Shown in pieces: positions 57,320 through 64,000 of a stretch of DNA of 64,000 bases (position 1 is its first letter; each line of letters begins with the position of its first letter). The stretch is from a bacterium (GTDB lineage Bacteria; Electryoneota; JAOADG01). The stretch spans positions 3,008,001-3,072,000 of the forward strand of contig OY820579.1 in assembly GCA_963681965.1 (NCBI GenBank). Direction: 5' to 3'. The notes beneath the pieces are model-generated. The model did no database searches, was not told the origin of the DNA, and was given only the letters and a program-made list of their open reading frames with translations. Position numbers and translations under genes: made by a program.

Positions 57320-57607
57320 TTATTCAGCCTCGTAAGAAATTCCATCGGGATCATCAATCAACTTCTGATGATATGTATCTAAAATCATCGCTTCCAGCTC
57401 TTGACGGAATTCGTTCGAAATGGGATGAGCGATATCCTTGTAAGTTCCATCCGGCATTTTTCGAGATGGCATGCAGACAAACAGACCCTGATTGCCTTGG
57501 ATGACTTTCAGTCCACGTACGACGAAGACATCATCCAACGTGATGTTGACGAATGCTTTTAAGCGATCTTCTTGTCGAAGATTGACATTTATCTCAGTGA
57601 CTTTCAC
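57320..57607 (-). CDS. spoVG: SpoVG family nucleic-acid-binding protein
   Basis: LKAFVNITLDD.FVVRGLKVI.G..GLFVCMPSRK..DG.YKDIAHPI. Confidence 0.96.
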   Translation of the reverse strand: MKVTEINVNLRQEDRLKAFVNITLDDVFVVRGLKVIQGNQGLFVCMPSRKMPDGTYKDIAHPISNEFRQELEAMILDTYHQKLIDDPDGISYEAE

Positions 57608-58494
57608 GCATCACCACATATTTTGTTTGTTTGCACTCCCCGTGACACCGGTTCGGTAACCCAAACTTGTCCGGGAAGTTGCCAAACCGCACACGAGGCT
57701 TCGCACGCGGATTTATCGGTAAAGTAAGCGATCTGACAACTCCCGCTTCCGCTAAGAGAAATCCAACGGGCGCCATGATCGAGCCAAAATTCAATCGCGC
57801 GATTCCACTCCGGAATGCGCGGTGCAACGACTTCTTCGAAATCATTGACGATTGATTCCTCTTTCCACCAGCAACCGGTGGAAAGAAAACGATCGTATAA
57901 GATAAGCGTAGGCTCATCCGGAGTCAAGCTACGACCGAGTAACCGGTAAGCCTCGCTCGTCGAAACACCCACTCCAGGATACCAAATCGCAAAGGCACCG
58001 GATACGGTTCGCGGAACATCCCGCAAACATTCACCTCGTCCACTTGCCTGCTGAAGCCCGCCGCGAATGAAAAAGGGACAATCGCTGCCAATACTTGCTG
58101 AAAAACGCTCTAATTCAATATCGGTACAAGGGGAATCGAATAATTGATTGATCCCAACCAATATTCCAGCAGCATCGGCTGAACCACCACCCAATCCCCC
58201 CCCTGGAGGAATAATTTTGTTCAAATGTATGCGAAACAGTAGCGGTTTACCTAAGTACTCACAGAGTTTCCGAGCTGCTTTCACGACGAGATTGGTTTCA
58301 TCCAATGGAACATCCCACTGTCCACTCGCAGAGAATGAAAAAACGTCTGCTTCTTCGATCGATAAATCATCGAACATAGATATCGATTGAAATAATGTAT
58401 CGAGATTGTGATAACCATCTGGTCGGCGGTTGAAAACCCGCAATCCAATATTAATTTTCGCCGGAACTGTCACTTTGATCGTTTGGTTATGCAT
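57604..58494 (-). CDS. ispE: 4-diphosphocytidyl-2-C-methyl-D-erythritol kinase
   Basis: PAKINIGL, RPDGYH, GLGGGSADAA, GSDCPFF, NDFE, LSGSGS. Confidence 0.95.
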   Translation of the reverse strand: MHNQTIKVTVPAKINIGLRVFNRRPDGYHNLDTLFQSISMFDDLSIEEADVFSFSASGQWDVPLDETNLVVKAARKLCEYLGKPLLFRIHLNKIIPPGGGLGGGSADAAGILVGINQLFDSPCTDIELERFSASIGSDCPFFIRGGLQQASGRGECLRDVPRTVSGAFAIWYPGVGVSTSEAYRLLGRSLTPDEPTLILYDRFLSTGCWWKEESIVNDFEEVVAPRIPEWNRAIEFWLDHGARWISLSGSGSCQIAYFTDKSACEASCAVWQLPGQVWVTEPVSRGVQTNKICGDA

Positions 58495-58532
58495 TGCCTC
58501 TAGTTCCTGTTCCACTTAAGTATTGATTGCGC

Positions 58533-58563
58533 AAAAACGGGGCGAATAATTCGCCCCGCTTTC
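58533..58563 (-). terminator. Hairpin between the wzc-like gene and ispE (probable terminator)
   Basis: CGGGGCGAAT-A-ATTCGCCCCG with an A-run on plus. Confidence 0.6.
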
Positions 58564-58583
58564 TAAATTGATCACTGGAAAAG

Positions 58584-60893
58584 CTACGCCTTCTTCTCTT
58601 CGTTCGCTTCGCGAGAGACACGCACGGGTACTGACTTCTTCTTCTCCCCACGGCTTCCGTAATAGTAGTAGTAATGATAGTAGTGATAGTAGTAATAATA
58701 CGATCCATAAACTCGCTTGATATCCAAACCGTTCAACACAACACCGGTTAGTTTCACACCGATACTTCTTAGAATCGAAATACAGCGTTGCACTTCACGT
58801 TTCGAGATGTAACCGGAGTGGGTTACCAGAATGCAACTGTCGGCAATTCGCGCCAGAATCGAGGCATCGGTAACAGCAATCAACGGAGGACTATCAAGAA
58901 CGATGATATCGTACTCGGCACGCAGGCGATCCAACAACGCCAGGAATGCATCCGAAGCAATGATTTCCGCCGGATTCGGTGGTACTTCACCGCAAGTCAA
59001 GATTTCCAAATTATGAATGTCGGTCGGTTTTAAAGCTTGATCCAGTGTAATCGTTCCCAAAAGAATATCGGTTACACCGTGATGGCGATCCAATCGGAAA
59101 TTCTTGTGCAGCGATGGACGTCGGAAGTCGGCATCGATCAACAGCGTCTTCATTCCAGCGCTGGCGATCGTGATCGCTAGATTCGATGCGGTAGTGGTCT
59201 TTCCTTCTTTCGTAGTGGCACTGGTCAGCAAAATAACTTGTTTCTTTTTGTCGAGATTCGCGAATAACAAATTCGTTCTTAACGCGCGATACGCTTCCGA
59301 AATCGGCGACTTAGGCGAGAAAGAGGTGATCAATCGAGTCTCGAGTTTGTCCCAAACCCGATCGTCGATCGATTTTCCTTCGCGACTTAACTTGCGCATA
59401 ATCTCTTCAAGATTGATGTACGGAATCGTTCCGATAATTTGGACACCAATCCGTTCCACGTCTTCAACGGTTCGAATCGAATTGTCGGAAAATTCAATCA
59501 ACAGCGATGCCGAAACACCGATCAACAAACCGAGGATCATACCGATAATAATATTGGCGCGTTTGTTCGGTTTTACCGGTGATCGCGGGGGTTTCGCTTC
59601 GTCGATGATGCGAATTTTGGCACCGCGTCCAGCTTCGGCAATGCGGGATTCTTCGTACTTTTCCTTCAACATCAAATACAATTTTTCGTTGAGTTGGGAA
59701 TCGCGCGTCAACCGTGCCAGCATCAACGATTTTTCCGGTAATACTTCTAGTTTCGCATCGTAGCCGTCGACGATCGTACGCAGTGCTTCGGCTTTGGCGG
59801 ACAACGATTTAATTTCGATTTCTACGCTAAGAATATTGTCATACAAGCGCTGAGTTGTACCCAGAGGATCACCGGAACCCATCGTGTTCGCAGCATACTT
59901 CCGGGTTTCTTCCTTCAACCGATCCTTGATCGTTTTGATCTCGTTTTCCAATGCCCGCGAAGTAATATCGGCACCGGGAGCGCCACGTCCCTGAATTGAG
60001 GCGAGTTGCGTCTGTTTGTCGGCGAGTTCTTTCATCAACGACTGAATCAATGGCGACGAAATCGAGCTGATATCTTCCACCAAATTCATTTTCGTATCGG
60101 ATAGTTCTTTCCGCAAATAATCCAATCGACGCAAGTTGGCATTCAAATCGGTTTCAGTTGAAGCTAGATCGGACCGGAATGTAGAAGATTGCTCGACTAA
60201 TTTACGGGTCTCTTCGTCCAGTGCCGGAATACGTTCTTCTTCTTGATAGTGTCGCTGGGCTTCCTCACTGGATGCCAAGCGAACGCGAACTTTATCCAAT
60301 TCGTCTTCTAAGAATTTTCGGACTTCGCTGACTTCGCCGCGCGATGCGTTTAAACTCTGTTCGTAGTAGGTTTGCGCAACTAGATTGGTCAAATACGACG
60401 CTTCGAATGAACTCGCACCTGTTACTTTAATGCGAACTACATCGTTGTCGTGAAAACTCGAAACACTAATTCGGCTCCGAAGCTCACCGACCTTATCATC
60501 GAAATTTGCATTGGATTGAATCAGTGAGATTTCTTGTCGATAGGGGGAAACATCGAGTTTCTTGACAACTTCTTCGGCAAGTGTCCGCGATTTTATCAAT
60601 TCGATTTCGTTTTTGATCCGATTCGAAAGTTGATTCGTTCCGGCAACAGCTAGCAGCGGAAGCGATTGATCCATTGCACTGGCACCTTCGACCAAAATCG
60701 AAGTATCGGTTTCGTAGACCGGATCCATACGAGATGTAAAAATCGCAGTAGAAGTAACGACTACGACAAACGATAAAAAGATGATCCACCGACCGCGGAA
60801 CAGCGCGCGAGTAACTCGCGACCAGTCCAGTGTACTGAATTCTTTTTCCTGTTCACTCTGTTGTTCGGGGACAAACTCGGAAGTCTGCAACAA
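58584..60893 (-). CDS. Wzc-like polysaccharide co-polymerase / BY tyrosine kinase
   Basis: Two TMs with coiled-coil periplasmic domain, EAYRALRTN, EGKTT, LIDADFRRP, VLDSPP, C-terminal Tyr cluster. Confidence 0.93.
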   Translation of the reverse strand: MLQTSEFVPEQQSEQEKEFSTLDWSRVTRALFRGRWIIFLSFVVVVTSTAIFTSRMDPVYETDTSILVEGASAMDQSLPLLAVAGTNQLSNRIKNEIELIKSRTLAEEVVKKLDVSPYRQEISLIQSNANFDDKVGELRSRISVSSFHDNDVVRIKVTGASSFEASYLTNLVAQTYYEQSLNASRGEVSEVRKFLEDELDKVRVRLASSEEAQRHYQEEERIPALDEETRKLVEQSSTFRSDLASTETDLNANLRRLDYLRKELSDTKMNLVEDISSISSPLIQSLMKELADKQTQLASIQGRGAPGADITSRALENEIKTIKDRLKEETRKYAANTMGSGDPLGTTQRLYDNILSVEIEIKSLSAKAEALRTIVDGYDAKLEVLPEKSLMLARLTRDSQLNEKLYLMLKEKYEESRIAEAGRGAKIRIIDEAKPPRSPVKPNKRANIIIGMILGLLIGVSASLLIEFSDNSIRTVEDVERIGVQIIGTIPYINLEEIMRKLSREGKSIDDRVWDKLETRLITSFSPKSPISEAYRALRTNLLFANLDKKKQVILLTSATTKEGKTTTASNLAITIASAGMKTLLIDADFRRPSLHKNFRLDRHHGVTDILLGTITLDQALKPTDIHNLEILTCGEVPPNPAEIIASDAFLALLDRLRAEYDIIVLDSPPLIAVTDASILARIADSCILVTHSGYISKREVQRCISILRSIGVKLTGVVLNGLDIKRVYGSYYYYYHYYHYYYYYGSRGEKKKSVPVRVSREANEEKKA

Positions 60894-60902
60894 GTTTCCT
60901 CC

Positions 60903-61619
60903 TTAAGAACGCAACTCGACGATCGATTTTGGAAATTCAACGAATAGTGCTTCGGCACGATCGCGATTCGTCCATTTAACAACTTGATGATAAGCCGATT
61001 GTAATCCGAGCGGACGGTGATCGTCATTGTGTCCATCGGAAGCCACTAAATCGGCTAGTCCTTTTTTAACGAGCATTTTTGCGACTTTCTGGATTTTTTC
61101 ACCAAAATCGCCGCGAATTGATCCAGCATTAATCTGTAGGAAAGCGCCATTTTCCTTGAGTTTTCGATATTCCGATTCAGAATCGATAATTTTGATATAT
61201 CGTTCCGGGTGCGCTACCACTACTTTTAATCCATTTGTGACCGTACGTCGAATTACTTCCTTGTAATTCGGGTGGTAATCGTACATCGGAAATTCGACCA
61301 GACACACTTTTCCAATACCGCTGTAAGTACCGCATGGATATCGGGTAAAAGCTAGTAAATCAGGCATGAGATAAATCTCACCGCCTCGAATCACTTCGAT
61401 TCGTAAATTCCACTCTTGGATTTTGGAACAACCTTCCAAAAATCGCTGCTCGATCTTTTGAAAGCTGTCGATATTCTCGCCCGACATCAAATGCGGAGTC
61501 CATGCGATCGTGGAAGTTCCTTCGTTGATCGCTTGGGTTAGCATTTGCAGCGTCATACCCCAAGACTTGCTTCCATCATCTATGCCGGGAAATATATGAC
61601 TGTGGAGATCAATCATCAA
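60903..61619 (-). CDS. CpsB/YwqE-type PHP-family tyrosine phosphatase
   Basis: IDLHSHI.PGIDDG, TPH, AHPERY, ASDGH. Confidence 0.93.
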   Translation of the reverse strand: MMIDLHSHIFPGIDDGSKSWGMTLQMLTQAINEGTSTIAWTPHLMSGENIDSFQKIEQRFLEGCSKIQEWNLRIEVIRGGEIYLMPDLLAFTRYPCGTYSGIGKVCLVEFPMYDYHPNYKEVIRRTVTNGLKVVVAHPERYIKIIDSESEYRKLKENGAFLQINAGSIRGDFGEKIQKVAKMLVKKGLADLVASDGHNDDHRPLGLQSAYHQVVKWTNRDRAEALFVEFPKSIVELRS

Positions 61620-61766
61620 ATTAATTTCTTTCCATGATAATCAAAGACTTAGATCATCCGCAGTCTTTTCACTCAGTTTACCGCAAACAATAAATATAGT
61701 ATAATTTTAACAAATCTACTCAAACGACATTTTGAATCGGGAAAGTCAACGCAAATGTGACTGAAA

Positions 61767-63995
61767 TCAATCGTTATCGTCGCGTTCCAGCATTTCTTCC
61801 AGAGTTTCCATGCTGATCAAAATTTCTCGTGGCTTCGAACCGTCAAATCTACCTACAATTCCAGCTTGTTCCAGTTGATCGAGAAGTCTTCCGGCTCGAC
61901 TATATCCGACTTTCATTCTACGGCGAATAATTGCCACCGATCCCTGTCCCGCTCGCACACAAACCCTTGCCGCTTCGGCAAAGAGCTGATCCCGATCGTC
62001 GATACCACCTTCATCGTCGCCCTTGTCGTCACGTGGCGGTTCGAGGATCAATGGAGCCGCTTGGGGTTGCTTTGCAATCCACTGCAGAATTTTTTCGGTC
62101 TCGCCACCTTCGATTAAACAGCCATGAACTCGAACGGGTTTCATTTCCCACGGTGGTGAAAACAAGGCATCGCCTCGACCCAACAACTTTTCGGCACCGG
62201 TTTGATCCAAAATCGTCCGACTGTCGGTCTGACTGGCAACTTGAAATCCCAATCGTGCCGGTAAATTCGCTTTGATCACACCCGTAATCACATTGACCGA
62301 AGGTCGCTGCGTCGCAACAACTAAATGAATTCCCGTGGCTCGTGCCATTTGAGAAATACGTTGAATCGGGTCTTCAATTTCTTTCGCTGAAGCAAGCATC
62401 AGGTCAGCCAACTCGTCAATCACAATAACGATAAAACTCAGTGGTTCGGCTGCTGCAGGGTGTCCCTGGCGATGTTTATCCCGATACTCTTTAAGGTCTC
62501 TGACACCCGCTTGCGTCAATAGATCCAAGCGGCGTTCCATCTCAGCGACACCTGCTTGCAATAACTTCACTGCTTGTGCTGGTTTTGTCACCACTGGATC
62601 CGCCCCAGCCAGTCTCACTAAATGATGATCTGCCAAAACTTTATACGGAGTAAGTTCCAATTGTTTTGGATCGATCAAGGCAATCTTGACTTCCGAAGGA
62701 GTCCGCCGCAACAACAATGATCCCAATAAACAATTGATAAACACAGACTTACCAGAACCAGTTGTGCCTGCAATCAACAAGTGAGGCAGCTTGGCTAGAT
62801 CAGTTACAACCGGTTGACCATCCGTAGTTAATCCAACAGCAACTGGTAAAATCCAACTCTCTTTCTGAAAGATTGTCGATTCAACAACTTCTCGGAATCG
62901 AACAATTCTCGGTTTTCGATTCGGGATTTCAATACCAACTGCCTCTTCTCCCGGAATCGGTGCGAGGATTCGGACACTGATCGCTCGCATTGCTCGCGCG
63001 ATATCATCCGAAAGGTTGGCAAACGCACTGACTTTCACGCCCGGTCCCGGAACGAAGTCGTATCGCGTCACGACCGGACCGGGATGAATCGTGCTGATTT
63101 TCGCATTAACATTGAATTCACGTAATGTCTGAAGCAGTTTCTCTGCCAGTTCCTCGTAGGGTTCATCCACCATTTCCACATCGTTGGGAATGAATAAATC
63201 AAGGGGTGGAAGTTCGTAGCGCCCTTCGTCTTCAATGAGTAGATCCGGTTCGTTTTCTTCGACGATCGCGACCTGTTCCGGCTTTACAATTTTTGCTCCG
63301 GAAGATGTCATCGATACAGTTTCGAGAGGCATTTCATGAATAACCGGTGGTGGCGGTGGCGGCTTTTCAACAATCTTGGGTTTGACAACCGGGATCGGTT
63401 TGATATATACCCGTTCCCTTCGCGAAGTTCGCCATCGTACCCAGAGGTTTTTAATTCTATTCCCGAAAACGATGCCGATAAATACGATCGAAAGTAGTAG
63501 CAGAATTAAGAAGGTACCGAGTGGATTTAACGCCTCATTCGTCAATCGAATGAAACCTCCACCCAATAAACCACTGGCATCGAAATCGAATGTTGCTTCG
63601 AGAAAATCGGGAAAGCTTTGCCAAAAACCTATCCAGCAAGAACTCAACCAGCAAAGCACGATTACCGGTAATAGTCCGCGCAGATAGGGAAATCGGCGAT
63701 TGGGAAAAAACAGGGAAATCGCAAACCATGCGAGTAATCCGGGAAGAAGAAATGTAACATATCGCCCAAATGTCATTTGAAGCGAGAAAAAAGCTAGATG
63801 ACTACCGACTGGTCCTAACGAATTAGCGTACTCACCAAATCTTCCGCCAGTTCCTCCCGGTGGATCGGCAGGTGAATATGACCATAATGATAAAATCCAG
63901 ACAATACAAACAAAAAGAAGAATCAGTGCAAGGATCCACCGACGTTTGGGAGCAGTTTCCTCGAGAGGAACATTTTTTTTTCGTCGACCAGCCAT
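61767..63995 (-). CDS. ftsK: DNA translocase FtsK/SpoIIIE
   Basis: N-terminal TMs, GIEIPN, PHLLIAGTTGSGKS, IDELADLM, ATQRPSV, gamma domain GYSRAGRLLD.LE. Confidence 0.97.
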   Translation of the reverse strand: MAGRRKKNVPLEETAPKRRWILALILLFVCIVWILSLWSYSPADPPGGTGGRFGEYANSLGPVGSHLAFFSLQMTFGRYVTFLLPGLLAWFAISLFFPNRRFPYLRGLLPVIVLCWLSSCWIGFWQSFPDFLEATFDFDASGLLGGGFIRLTNEALNPLGTFLILLLLSIVFIGIVFGNRIKNLWVRWRTSRRERVYIKPIPVVKPKIVEKPPPPPPVIHEMPLETVSMTSSGAKIVKPEQVAIVEENEPDLLIEDEGRYELPPLDLFIPNDVEMVDEPYEELAEKLLQTLREFNVNAKISTIHPGPVVTRYDFVPGPGVKVSAFANLSDDIARAMRAISVRILAPIPGEEAVGIEIPNRKPRIVRFREVVESTIFQKESWILPVAVGLTTDGQPVVTDLAKLPHLLIAGTTGSGKSVFINCLLGSLLLRRTPSEVKIALIDPKQLELTPYKVLADHHLVRLAGADPVVTKPAQAVKLLQAGVAEMERRLDLLTQAGVRDLKEYRDKHRQGHPAAAEPLSFIVIVIDELADLMLASAKEIEDPIQRISQMARATGIHLVVATQRPSVNVITGVIKANLPARLGFQVASQTDSRTILDQTGAEKLLGRGDALFSPPWEMKPVRVHGCLIEGGETEKILQWIAKQPQAAPLILEPPRDDKGDDEGGIDDRDQLFAEAARVCVRAGQGSVAIIRRRMKVGYSRAGRLLDQLEQAGIVGRFDGSKPREILISMETLEEMLERDDND

Positions 63996-64000
63996 TAGTT

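Noticed and set aside
57320-57607. spoVG in a non-sporulating diderm as a novelty
   Set aside because: The ispE-spoVG-prs-rplY-pth arrangement is already known from several non-sporulating phyla
58487-58708. 73-aa ORF with ITTITT repeats
   Set aside because: Alternative frame of the Wzc tyrosine-cluster codons
1-64000. CRISPR array, integron, prophage, DGR or IS element
   Set aside because: No regularly spaced repeats, attC-bounded cassettes, integrase, transposase, reverse transcriptase or phage structural genes were seen

Overview
Chromosomal window from a diderm bacterium. The lineage is probably FCB-superphylum (inference from four secreted proteins with PNP(F/A)N-type T9SS/FlgD-like C-terminal sorting domains, bshA, a Bacteroidetes/Chlorobi-type GlmU-like protein and an spoVG-prs-rplY-pth-rpsF cluster). 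Most content is housekeeping: metH, pfk/gap/pgk, rho, folC, murI, leuS, ribosomal proteins, ispE, ftsK, an RND efflux operon, a peptidase/LemA/HtpX/RDD cluster and three tRNAs. No integrase, transposase, reverse transcriptase or CRISPR array was seen. The most interesting unexplained signals are non-coding. (1) At 13.9-14.9 kb a minus-strand unit has a near-consensus sigma54 promoter, two small orphan proteins and a ~146-nt strongly base-paired RNA between them. (2) A Leu-Leu-Leu leader peptide with terminator/antiterminator lies in front of leuS. (3) A cyclase gene is bracketed by perfect 22-bp inverted GTAG-REP palindromes, like a cargo-carrying REPIN. (4) Two secreted-protein genes carry in-frame AT-rich domain cassettes. 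(5) The tRNA-Lys 3' half is duplicated. (6) An apparently inactivated GIY-YIG-like protein has a repeated KPW tail. (7) CGATCG appears over-represented across the window. All product calls come from motif recognition by eye, not database searches.
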